NCBI GenBank assembly: GCA_020350365.1
Contig: CP070712.1
Span: 1 to 62,811 of the forward strand
Direction: 5' to 3'
Length of the DNA: 62,811 nt
Source of the DNA: Thermoplasmatales archaeon
GTDB taxonomy: Archaea > Thermoplasmatota > E2 > DHVEG-1
Position 1 is the stretch's first letter. Each line of letters begins with the position of its first letter. The translations under genes and the position numbers were made by a program. Shown here one piece after another: positions 19,071-27,501 of this stretch. The notes beneath the pieces are model-generated. The model was not told where the DNA came from, did not search any database, and saw nothing but the letters and a program-made list of their open reading frames with translations.

Positions 19071-20210
19071 TTATAAACCTAATCTTTTTGATATTACAAT
19101 CCTCTGAACTTCTGAAGTACCTTCACCAATCTGACATAGTTTAATATCTCTGAAATATCTTTCAACAGGATATTCACGAAGATAGCCCAATCCACCAAAA
19201 ATTTGTATTGCTTTATTTGTTGCTCTCATTGCAATTTCAGATGCAAATAACTTAGCCATTGCAGCTTCTTTAGAATAAGGTAATTTTTTATCTTCTAAAA
19301 AAGCAGCTCTATAAACAAGTAATCTTGCAGCATCCAAATCAGTTGCCATATCTGCAATCATCCATCGAATAGCTTGAAATTTACCAATCGGTCTTCCAAA
19401 CTGTTGCCGTTGATTTGCATATTCAAGACTGTCTTCAAGTGCTCCCCGGGCAATTCCAACAGACATTGCACCAACTGCTGTACGACCTCGATCAAGAGTA
19501 TCCATAACCCCATAGAAACCTTCATTTTCTTCACCAAGAAGATTTTCCTTTGGTACTCGACAATCTTCAAAAATAAGTTCAGCGGTTCTACTTCCACGGA
19601 GTCCAAGTTTATCTTCTAATTGACCAACTTTAAAACCCTTTGTATCCTTTTCAACAAGTATAGCAGATATTCCCTTCGCACCTTTATCCTTATCAGTCTT
19701 TGCCATCACAATGGTAACACCTGCAATATCACCACTTGTTATGAATTGTTTTGTACCATTTATAACCCATTCATCCTTTTCTAGAACTGCAGTAGTTTGA
19801 AGCCCAGCAACATCTGATCCTGCATTTGGTTCAGTAATTGCTAATGCTGCAAAATTTTCACCATTTGTATAATTTGGAAGATATTTCTCTCGTTGTTCTT
19901 CAGATCCATGTTCATATATATACCCACAACCAAGAGTATTATGTGCTTCAACAGTAAGACCTGTGGATCCACAATATCTAGAAATCTCCTCAAGCGCAAT
20001 CATATAACTTACTTTATCAATTCCTGCTCCACCATACTTTTGTGGAACAGTCATTCCCATTAAACTCATCTTTCCCATTTTTTTATATAGGTCAAATGGA
20101 AAATATTCTTCTTTATCAATTTTTGGAGCTATTGGTTTTAATTCTTTTACACAAAATTCTCTAATAACTTTCTGAAATTGTTTCTGTTGTTCTGAGAGAT
20201 TAAAATCCAA
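19071..20210 (-). CDS. Acyl-CoA dehydrogenase (butyryl-CoA dehydrogenase-like)
   Basis: 379 aa. ITEPNAGSD, QIFGGLGY, QIGEGTSEVQR. Confidence 0.85.
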   Translation of the reverse strand: MDFNLSEQQKQFQKVIREFCVKELKPIAPKIDKEEYFPFDLYKKMGKMSLMGMTVPQKYGGAGIDKVSYMIALEEISRYCGSTGLTVEAHNTLGCGYIYEHGSEEQREKYLPNYTNGENFAALAITEPNAGSDVAGLQTTAVLEKDEWVINGTKQFITSGDIAGVTIVMAKTDKDKGAKGISAILVEKDTKGFKVGQLEDKLGLRGSRTAELIFEDCRVPKENLLGEENEGFYGVMDTLDRGRTAVGAMSVGIARGALEDSLEYANQRQQFGRPIGKFQAIRWMIADMATDLDAARLLVYRAAFLEDKKLPYSKEAAMAKLFASEIAMRATNKAIQIFGGLGYLREYPVERYFRDIKLCQIGEGTSEVQRIVISKRLGL

Positions 20211-20285
20211 TTAAATCACCAAATCCGTGATATGCTAATCCTCTAAAAACCTTTAGGTATAAACTATAGCTAGATGAATTCTTAT

Positions 20286-21359
20286 TTAAAGAAATAAATT
20301 GAATATATATGATAGAATCAGTATCTGAGGAATGGTAAGAATAGGTATCCATAAAGCTGCCTTTTTCCCAATGTTTTGCCATATAAGACCTATCTCTGTG
20401 TAATCGGTTGCTACTCCCGCCATTAAAAAAGTAAAACTATTTCCAAAAGCACCTGTTTTATTAAATATTTCAAAAGCAAGAGGAGAACTTCCCTCGGAAC
20501 ATACTTCAATAATTGTTGCTAAAAACAATGTTACAAATAATCCTAATAAAGATGGCCCCATGTATGTCATAAAGAGATGTTGTGGAATAAATGCATTTGC
20601 GAGAGCTGCAAGAGTCATTCCAATAAGAATCCACCATAGAATCATCTTCGCAAGGTTCCATGAACCTTTAATTGTCCCCTTAAATGCATCTTTTAAATTC
20701 TTTTTTGTAAATTTATATTCCTTTGTTCTTTTTTTAATATCTTGGATAATAGAAAAATCTTCATGTAAAGGTGTATCCTCCCCATTCTCACATTTATCAC
20801 ACTCAACCAAACCTCTTTTTTCAAGTTTTAAAAATATAACCCCAGTAATAAATGCAATAATTAAAGCAGATATTATAATTAGTATAGCTTTTGTTCCAAA
20901 GAATCCGAAAAGTAGTATGGTTATTGGTAGATTAGCCCAGGGAGATGCAAGAAGAAAAGCAACAATTGCTGAGGTACTCGCTCCTTTTTTATATAATTCA
21001 ATTGCAATTGCTAAAATCCCGTGACAACAAGCAGTCATTAGAAAACCAAAAATAATTGAATAAATAATCGTTCTTTTTCTATGACGTGATAGATATTTTT
21101 CTATGTATTCTTTTGGTATAAAATAATCAATTATTCCTCCAACTAGAAATCCTACTAATACAGGTATCCACATTATAAAAAAATATATTTTAAATGAGTT
21201 GAAGAATGGATTCAATTCAACAATAAAATAACTAATTGCTACAAAAAAAATCAATATTGCTCCCACAATAAAAAGTCTTTCTTTATACCATTTTTTTGGT
21301 GTAGAGCAACATGAGCTACAAACTGGTTGATTATCTTTGGGTTTTATTCTTTGTTTCAA
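20286..21359 (-). CDS. Predicted permease (DUF318/COG0701-type) with a Cys-rich N-terminus
   Basis: Multi-TM protein. N-terminal CSSCCSTP. Lies 4 nt downstream of the arsR-family gene. TTG start. Confidence 0.6.
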   Translation of the reverse strand: MKQRIKPKDNQPVCSSCCSTPKKWYKERLFIVGAILIFFVAISYFIVELNPFFNSFKIYFFIMWIPVLVGFLVGGIIDYFIPKEYIEKYLSRHRKRTIIYSIIFGFLMTACCHGILAIAIELYKKGASTSAIVAFLLASPWANLPITILLFGFFGTKAILIIISALIIAFITGVIFLKLEKRGLVECDKCENGEDTPLHEDFSIIQDIKKRTKEYKFTKKNLKDAFKGTIKGSWNLAKMILWWILIGMTLAALANAFIPQHLFMTYMGPSLLGLFVTLFLATIIEVCSEGSSPLAFEIFNKTGAFGNSFTFLMAGVATDYTEIGLIWQNIGKKAALWIPILTIPQILILSYIFNLFL

Positions 21360-21363
21360 AAAA

Positions 21364-21717
21364 TCACTCTATTAGATGGTCATACGCCATTTTTATAAGT
21401 TGAACTACATGTTCGTCGTCTAGTGAGTAATAGACAGATTTTCCTTCTTTTCTAAATTTCACTAATTTTTTATCTCTAAGTAACCGTAATTGATGTGAAA
21501 CTAGTGATATACTCATATTTACAACAGCAGACAGATCACATACACATAATTCCTGTTTTGATAATGCATAGAGAATTTCCAATCGTGTTTTGTCTGAAAT
21601 TGTTTTAAATGTGTCTGATAAACTTTGAAATTTGTTGTCATCTATCATTTGTTTTTTAACTCGCTCAACCTTATCCTTGTTAATAATTTTTAATTGACAA
21701 ACATCCTCATGATTCAT
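21364..21717 (-). CDS. ArsR/SmtB family metalloregulator
   Basis: ELCVCDLSAVVNMSISLVSHQLRLLRDKKLV winged HTH with a CVC metal-sensing motif. Confidence 0.85.
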   Translation of the reverse strand: MNHEDVCQLKIINKDKVERVKKQMIDDNKFQSLSDTFKTISDKTRLEILYALSKQELCVCDLSAVVNMSISLVSHQLRLLRDKKLVKFRKEGKSVYYSLDDEHVVQLIKMAYDHLIE

Positions 21718-21734
21718 CTAGCATCACATAATAT

Positions 21735-21758
21735 TTGAACATTTATTCAAATGTTCAA
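21735..21758. promoter_or_regulatory. Candidate ArsR/SmtB operator (perfect 10-4-10 inverted repeat)
   Basis: TTGAACATTT-ATTC-AAATGTTCAA, 18 nt upstream of the arsR start, in the divergent arsR/ZIP intergenic region. Resembles TGAACA-N-TGTTCA type ArsR/SmtB operators. Confidence 0.55.
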
Positions 21759-21856
21759 TTAAGTATAAATAGTTTTCTTTATTTACAGTTGAGAAAAATA
21801 TAAATATGAAACCAATTATAGTTATAAGAATATTATAAAAATTAGGAATAAAAATA

Positions 21857-22606
21857 ATGATAGAACTTATATATGCAATTCTAGCAGGCCTCACAATCTC
21901 TTTAATATCACTTGCCTTAGTGTTACTAGTTTCCTTAAGAGAAAAAATATTAGATGATATATTACTCCCATTAGTAGCTTTATCTGCAGGTGCAGTAATT
22001 GGAGGTGCATTTCTTCATTTATTACCAGAAGCAATTGAGCTGACTGAAGAAGAATTGATTTTTCCAACAATACTTATTGGATTTATAGTCTTTTATATCT
22101 TAGAAAAAAGTTTACACCATCATCATGTAAACAAAAAGGGGGAGCATGCCCATACTTTTCATTATATGACTATAATAGGAGCATCGATCCATAGTATTCT
22201 TGATGGAATAATTATTGTTGCAAGTTTTGTTGTATCAATTCCAATTGGAATTGCTACATTTATAATGGTTGCATCTCACGAAATCCCAAAGAAAGTGGGA
22301 GATTTTGGTGTTTTAGTATATGGAGGAATTAATAAGAAAAGAGCAATAATAATTAATTTTATTTTATCTCTTGGATTAGTAATCGGTGCGATTGTTGGTT
22401 TTATCATTTCAAGAAATACTGAAAAAGCAACTGAGATTTTATTGCCATTAGCCGCTGGCGGATTCATCTATATAGGAGCAGCAGATTTACTACCAGAATT
22501 TAGAAAAGAAATTGATCTAAGAAAATCAATTATTGTATTTGAATTCTTTATCCTTGGAATATTGATAATGTGGTTGATAAATATTGTATTTCATCATGTG
22601 CATTAA
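21857..22606 (+). CDS. ZIP family metal (zinc) transporter
   Basis: His-rich loop HHHHVNKKGEHAH. HEIPKKVGDFGVL signature. Multi-TM. Confidence 0.8.
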   Translation: MIELIYAILAGLTISLISLALVLLVSLREKILDDILLPLVALSAGAVIGGAFLHLLPEAIELTEEELIFPTILIGFIVFYILEKSLHHHHVNKKGEHAHTFHYMTIIGASIHSILDGIIIVASFVVSIPIGIATFIMVASHEIPKKVGDFGVLVYGGINKKRAIIINFILSLGLVIGAIVGFIISRNTEKATEILLPLAAGGFIYIGAADLLPEFRKEIDLRKSIIVFEFFILGILIMWLINIVFHHVH

Positions 22607-22613
22607 ATGAAAA

Positions 22614-23252
22614 TTACTTCAATATTTTCCCTGTTTCAAGGTACCAAAGATACAAGTCAAGTTCAGCTAGAGTAAGATTTGTTTTTTTTGCTAGTGTTTT
22701 CAATAAATTTTCTATTTCAAAATATTTCTTTTTTGTTATAGTTTTAGGTTTTTTTATCAGATCATAATCTGTTAATATATCAATAATATGAAAATCTATT
22801 ATCGCATAATCATCAAAACCTACATTTCTTAAAAAATGACTAGCCTCTTTATAACCAAGGCCCTTAATATTATCAACAATCCAATCTCTTAAAGCCTTTT
22901 TGTTCGTAATTTGAATAATTTCTTCTAATTTATCTTTACATTTTAATGATTCAAAGATATATTCTGCTCTTGCGTTTGGGAATCTATGGCCATAATCCCT
23001 TAGTTTTTCTGAAATTTCTTTTTTAGAATCTGTTAAAAAACATTCTCCGATTTCATTCTGAATTTTTATACATTTTTCAGCATTATAATTTGCTGTCAGT
23101 ATACAAAAGCATATTTCCTTAAACAGTTCATCGTTTGATTTTTTATTTATATTCTTAAAAATCTTTATCTTTTGTTCTACTGATTTTGCAATATCACTAT
23201 TTTTTAAAGTTTCAATTTTATTTATCAGTTCATTCATAAAAAACATCTTCAT
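22614..23252 (-). CDS. ogg: N-glycosylase/DNA lyase (archaeal Ogg2-type 8-oxoguanine glycosylase)
   Basis: HhH-GPD block GLGYKEASHFLRNVGFDDYAIIDFHI. About 207 aa if it starts at the internal Met. Confidence 0.8.
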   Translation of the reverse strand: MKMFFMNELINKIETLKNSDIAKSVEQKIKIFKNINKKSNDELFKEICFCILTANYNAEKCIKIQNEIGECFLTDSKKEISEKLRDYGHRFPNARAEYIFESLKCKDKLEEIIQITNKKALRDWIVDNIKGLGYKEASHFLRNVGFDDYAIIDFHIIDILTDYDLIKKPKTITKKKYFEIENLLKTLAKKTNLTLAELDLYLWYLETGKILK

Positions 23253-23290
23253 TGGTTTGTATTATGTAACATTTGTTTTTTTAAAAAAAA

Positions 23291-23400
23291 GATGGAGAGG
23301 GTTAAGAAAGCAGGGGAGGGTCTCAAAATATAGTTTTGAGGAGAGGAGGAAAGGATGGGATATAAAAGATGGGTTCACCCTGCCTTTTTCACCCCCAAGT
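23291..23400 (+). other. GC/purine-rich structured intergenic element, copy A (candidate ncRNA or repeat)
   Basis: Local GC island in AT-rich DNA. Perfect hairpin CTCAAAA-TATAG-TTTTGAG. Long-range GCAGGG/CCCTGC pairing. Colinear by eye with 48364..48460. Confidence 0.35.
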
Positions 23401-23684
23401 TCCATCAGCCTGAATGATAATTTTTTTAATCCTCATATCTTTTATAACCAAGAGTTTTTTTACCCCATTAAGCCTCTGATTAACAATTGTTAATATATAT
23501 TGAGTATATAAAAGTTTCGGTGATTTTCGGCATTGAAATTTAAAAAATATGAAAAGGATAAGGACTAAATAATATATATTTATAACAAGAGTAACAATAA
23601 TTAACGTGCCCGAGATATATAATTCGCAACATATGTAACATATTAATAAACAATCGTTAATTATAAGTACACAGAATAATATTC

Positions 23685-24023
23685 ATGTATATGAAACGAA
23701 CTACCTGCGAATACATGATGTGGAATGGATTGCCTGTCATTAGAAAAGAAATAGCGGAAAGCATGATAAAGGATTTTGGTTTAAGTCAAAAAGATACTGC
23801 AGAAAAGCTAGGAATCACACCTGCTGCAGTTTGTCAATATGTATCAAGAAAACGTGGTAGGATAAATATTGTGGATGATATAATTCTTAGTGAAATCAAA
23901 ACATCTGCACAAAATATAATCGATAATGGAAATGGATCTGTAATACCAGAAACCTGCAGGATTTGTAAAATCTTAAGAAAAAGTCCAGAATTTTCTTTAT
24001 TTTGCAGAGCATGTGATGAGTAG
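23685..24023 (+). CDS. HTH transcriptional regulator with a C-terminal CxxC...CxxC cluster
   Basis: LSQKDTAEKLGITPAAVCQYVSRKRG HTH. C-terminal CRICK...CRACDE. Confidence 0.6.
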   Translation: MYMKRTTCEYMMWNGLPVIRKEIAESMIKDFGLSQKDTAEKLGITPAAVCQYVSRKRGRINIVDDIILSEIKTSAQNIIDNGNGSVIPETCRICKILRKSPEFSLFCRACDE

Positions 24024-24044
24024 AATTGAAATTGATATCTTAAA

Positions 24045-24959
24045 TCAAATGCTGTTTTTCGTTACATTAAAGATTTCTATCATATAATGAGGCCTATATG
24101 ACATTTTAGCTTTCCTTAAACCTGGTAAATCCATGTCAGATTCTCGATTGATAAACTTAAAATCTTTTTGAAGTATTTTTGCAGTTTCCTGATTAACAAT
24201 TTTATATATTCCATCAAAATCAGGTGAACCTTTTTCATAATGAACCACTGCGGTATCCTTATCCATAGCTTCAAAAACTGCTATTGCCTCAATTGCATCT
24301 TCAATACGAATTAAAATACCTGATAATCCTAGTTCAAAATAATGATTCATTGAATATAGTATTGCTTTTTTCTCATTTTCAAGTAAGGGATCAGACTCAC
24401 AATCCTTCCAAAGACACCATCTTTTTAAAAATTCTTGAATCTCACTCATGTTTTCTTTTGAAATATTTTCAACACTATAGCTATAATTTCTTTTGAATTT
24501 ATTTACTCTATTTCTAATCTTACTATACGCAGAGCCAGGTAATTCAGCAAGATTAGAAGCAAGGTAAACATAATCATAGTATTCTCTTTTTGGAATAAAC
24601 TCTAAATTTGGATAATTTTTTAATAGCCATTCCTTTGTTTTACTATCAATAACACCAAGTGGATATTCAGTATCTTGTTCTTTTGCAAGCATCAAAACTT
24701 GGTCAAATAATTTTTTATTCCTTTCACCAGAAGGAGGTCTTAATTGAATTTGATTTTTTATGTTGCTCATAATTATAATATTATCCTCAATATAGACATA
24801 TTTGTATTTACTGTATTCCAACCAACTAATTAATGTTGTAAAATTATTATCACTATGAAGTGGTGGATATTTTTTATAATGTTTATCAAATAACTCCTTA
24901 TCATCAAGTGAAATCAATTTGAAATCATCCATTGAAAGCATATCAATCATCTTTTTCAT
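24045..24959 (-). CDS. DUF2156-type protein (lysyl-phosphatidylglycerol synthase C-terminal-like, GNAT/Fem fold)
   Basis: 304 aa. The layout and C-terminal RKAKMSYRP-type block are consistent with DUF2156. Overlaps the upstream GNAT by 17 nt. Confidence 0.5.
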   Translation of the reverse strand: MKKMIDMLSMDDFKLISLDDKELFDKHYKKYPPLHSDNNFTTLISWLEYSKYKYVYIEDNIIIMSNIKNQIQLRPPSGERNKKLFDQVLMLAKEQDTEYPLGVIDSKTKEWLLKNYPNLEFIPKREYYDYVYLASNLAELPGSAYSKIRNRVNKFKRNYSYSVENISKENMSEIQEFLKRWCLWKDCESDPLLENEKKAILYSMNHYFELGLSGILIRIEDAIEAIAVFEAMDKDTAVVHYEKGSPDFDGIYKIVNQETAKILQKDFKFINRESDMDLPGLRKAKMSYRPHYMIEIFNVTKNSI

Positions 24960-25377
24960 ATTTCATAGGAGTATAATTTTTTAATGTTTTAAATCCAAAA
25001 TTTTCATAGAAGCCATATTGACCAGGTTCTGCTATGAGACCTATCCAAGTCAATTTTTTTGACAAACAATAATCCAAAAGTGTTTCTACAAGCATTCGAC
25101 CTATACCACTATCACGATATTTTGGCAAAACTACTAAATCTTGAATATACCCATCTGATACCCTATCAGAGATGACACGTCCCATACCTATTGCTTTATT
25201 TGAGGTTTTATCAACTGCTATTGCAAAAGCAAAACTACCTCTTATTAAATATTTCAGTTTCGATGGATCATAATTATCCTTCCACCAACCTGCAGCTTTA
25301 TAAAGGGTTACAATCTCATTTTCAGGCCATGAATCTACAATTTTTATTTGGATTTTTTCTACTTTCTTTTTTTCCAT
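24943..25377 (-). CDS. GNAT family N-acetyltransferase
   Basis: VLPKYRDSGIGRMLVETLL acetyl-CoA binding motif. Confidence 0.8.
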   Translation of the reverse strand: MEKKKVEKIQIKIVDSWPENEIVTLYKAAGWWKDNYDPSKLKYLIRGSFAFAIAVDKTSNKAIGMGRVISDRVSDGYIQDLVVLPKYRDSGIGRMLVETLLDYCLSKKLTWIGLIAEPGQYGFYENFGFKTLKNYTPMKYEKDD

Positions 25378-25491
25378 CCTACCATATCTTAATAAATTGA
25401 TTCTATAATACTATTTTGAAAATATCGCTTCTACTTTAGTAAGATATAAAATATATAAAATCATTTCTGGAAATGGGAGATACAACTAAAA

Positions 25492-25938
25492 ATGAATAAA
25501 TCAATCAATATTTTTAAATTAATGGTTAAAAATCACCGTAAAATCGAAGATTTATTGAATGATCTTGAAGAAAAAAACAATCAAGATTTCAATACAATGT
25601 ATAATGCATTTAGTAAATTTGAATGGGAACTTGAAAAACATATTTTTACTGAAGAAAAAGCAATATTTACCTCTTACAATCCAGATGACAAAACTGAAGG
25701 ATATAAGATGCTACCTGAACTTACTAAACAGCATAACTTTATCCTTAACAAATTAAATAATTGGAGGAAAGACATTAGAAACAAAAGTAATATATCTGAT
25801 TTTTATAGTTTCAAGGTTTATTTGACCAGACATAAAACCTTTGAAGAAGAAAAAGTCTATCCAATACTTGATCAATCAATAACTGATGATGAAAAAATAA
25901 AAATTGCTGTAAAAATTAATGAAATCGTACAAAAATAG
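25492..25938 (+). CDS. Hemerythrin-like (HHE cation-binding) domain protein
   Basis: H/E ligand pattern: NHRKIEDLL, ELEKHIFTEE, QHNFIL, RHKTFEEEKV. Confidence 0.65.
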   Translation: MNKSINIFKLMVKNHRKIEDLLNDLEEKNNQDFNTMYNAFSKFEWELEKHIFTEEKAIFTSYNPDDKTEGYKMLPELTKQHNFILNKLNNWRKDIRNKSNISDFYSFKVYLTRHKTFEEEKVYPILDQSITDDEKIKIAVKINEIVQK

Positions 25939-25947
25939 GTGAGATTT

Positions 25948-26133
25948 ATGATAGATACCTATAAATGTAAAGAATGTGGGAAAACAATTAAAATAATTGA
26001 TGAAGAAGTACCCGAATGTTGTGGTAAGGTTATGACAAAAGTTCCTCTGGATATTTGTACTCAACCAGCACATGCAGAACATGCAAGACCGATGGATGAT
26101 GAAAATGCATGTGATGATGGAAGAGCAGGATAG
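25948..26133 (+). CDS. Small desulforedoxin-like (CxxC...CC) metal-binding protein
   Basis: MIDTYKCKECGKTIKIIDEEVPECCGKVM resembles the Dx domain. AGGTGA SD. The track ORF starts at an upstream GTG. Confidence 0.5.
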   Translation: MIDTYKCKECGKTIKIIDEEVPECCGKVMTKVPLDICTQPAHAEHARPMDDENACDDGRAG

Positions 26134-26135
26134 CT

Positions 26136-26639
26136 TTATATAAATATTTCAAATCGTTCTTTTTTTGCTTTACAAATGGGGCAAACCTCAGGAGGAGAGT
26201 CTTTTCCACAAAGATAACCACATACCTTACATCTCCAAACAGGTTTTGATAATGAGATAATATTATTTTTTATTGATTTTTCTTTTATCTGTCTTTTTTC
26301 ATCTTTTTGATGTCTGCGTTCTGGAATTGAACCTAATTTTTTCTTCCCATTTAAAATATCTTTTGAAACATAAAGAGCACAATAACATGAACCATATTCA
26401 TTTAAATCATCATCACGATAATCACACGGACAAATAATGTCCAAGTCTCTGCTTTTTTCACCTGTTGCTAGCCTGCATGGACAAGCCAAATAACCATATC
26501 TTTTTTCATTTACTAAAAGCCCCTTAATAAGATCCTTTGTCATATCAATATCTGAATTTAAATGATATCCAAATGATTCAGCTTCTGAATCTAATTTTTT
26601 ATATAGATTTTCAATTTCCTCTGATTTAACTTCACTCAT
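26136..26639 (-). CDS. Ferredoxin:thioredoxin-reductase catalytic-subunit-like protein fused to a rubredoxin domain (FDR type)
   Basis: ACPCR...ICPCDY...CYCALY (FTR-B CPC/CPC/CxC pattern), plus a C-terminal WRCKVCGY...CPICKA. Confidence 0.75.
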   Translation of the reverse strand: MSEVKSEEIENLYKKLDSEAESFGYHLNSDIDMTKDLIKGLLVNEKRYGYLACPCRLATGEKSRDLDIICPCDYRDDDLNEYGSCYCALYVSKDILNGKKKLGSIPERRHQKDEKRQIKEKSIKNNIISLSKPVWRCKVCGYLCGKDSPPEVCPICKAKKERFEIFI

Positions 26640-26917
26640 TTACCAAGAACCTCTCGAATCTCATCTTCATTATAACCAACTATGCATTCCTTGTCATTAA
26701 TTACAATTGTAGGATAGGAATTTCGTGGATTAAATTTCCTTACTTCTTTAATTACTTTATCTTTTTCGCTATCATCAACTAAATCCACATAAATATATGA
26801 ATATTCTACACCAAGTTTACTTAAGAACTCTTTTGTTTTTCTACACCAGCCACATGTACTGAGAGCATATAGTAAAATCTTGCCTCTATTCTCACCATCA
26901 ACATGTTCAATTTTCAT
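26636..26917 (-). CDS. Glutaredoxin-like protein (CGWC active site)
   Basis: 93 aa. STCGWCRKTKEFL. Thioredoxin fold. 4-nt overlap with the downstream gene. Confidence 0.75.
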   Translation of the reverse strand: MKIEHVDGENRGKILLYALSTCGWCRKTKEFLSKLGVEYSYIYVDLVDDSEKDKVIKEVRKFNPRNSYPTIVINDKECIVGYNEDEIREVLGK

Positions 26918-26923
26918 AAATAA

Positions 26924-27487
26924 TCACTTCCTTTCAATATATCTATTTATATATACAAATTCATCTATAGGAATTCTTTCCGGTCGTTTTTTTTCTGCTT
27001 CAGCCTGCTTTTCTGAGAGAACTGGATCGATTTTATCAGAATGTTTTCCAACAATTACTAACGCAATAACATCTATATCTTCTGGAATACCGAGAACTTC
27101 CCGAGTTTTTTTAGGGCTATAACCTGCTATAGGATGAGCAACTAGGCCTAACTCAGTTGCTCTTAGAATAATTGCTTCAGTAGCCATTCCAATATCAAAT
27201 CTATAGTATACTCGATCTCTTATTACACAATCATCTTCCTTTTTACCAAGAACAACGATAATCATTGATGCTTTTTTAGCCCATTCATTACCTGAGGATA
27301 AAGCATCATGCATCTTTATTAACATGTCTTGATCATGAACAAATACATATCTCCAGGGCTGATTATTAAAACATGATGCAGTAATTTGAATGCATTCTGC
27401 AAAATCATTGATTAGGTCATCTGATATCTTAATTGGAATTAAAGAACGAAACGCTCTTCTTTTTCTGATTGCTTCCTTCACATCCAT
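26924..27487 (-). CDS. Nitroreductase family protein
   Basis: IRKRRAFRS N-terminal motif and nitroreductase fold length. Confidence 0.7.
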   Translation of the reverse strand: MDVKEAIRKRRAFRSLIPIKISDDLINDFAECIQITASCFNNQPWRYVFVHDQDMLIKMHDALSSGNEWAKKASMIIVVLGKKEDDCVIRDRVYYRFDIGMATEAIILRATELGLVAHPIAGYSPKKTREVLGIPEDIDVIALVIVGKHSDKIDPVLSEKQAEAEKKRPERIPIDEFVYINRYIERK

Positions 27488-27501
27488 TTTTTTAAACTCC
27501 G

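Noticed and set aside
20560-21024. Long antisense ORFs inside real genes: 687-998, 1025-1462, 1320-1574, 20560-21024, 29937-30287, 32791-33102, 17290-17556, 45205-45600 and 60634-61230.
   Set aside because: They lie wholly within, and opposite to or out of frame with, strongly supported CDSs. They have biased low-complexity translations. These are shadow ORFs typical of AT-rich DNA.
23355-23417. Possible 20-25-aa micro-ORFs starting at the conserved ATGGGAT block of both GC-rich elements, preceded by purine-rich SD-like sequence.
   Set aside because: The two copies do not keep a common frame. Only a short A-[FV]-F-T-P stretch coincides, which is not enough to call a peptide gene.
23257-23493. 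A 78-aa ORF in the ogg / HTH-regulator intergenic region.
   Set aside because: The translation is low-complexity and R/G/K/S-rich, with no SD. It coincides with the GC-rich structured element. A related element at 48364-48460 has no matching reading frame, and indels break any common frame. It is more likely non-coding.
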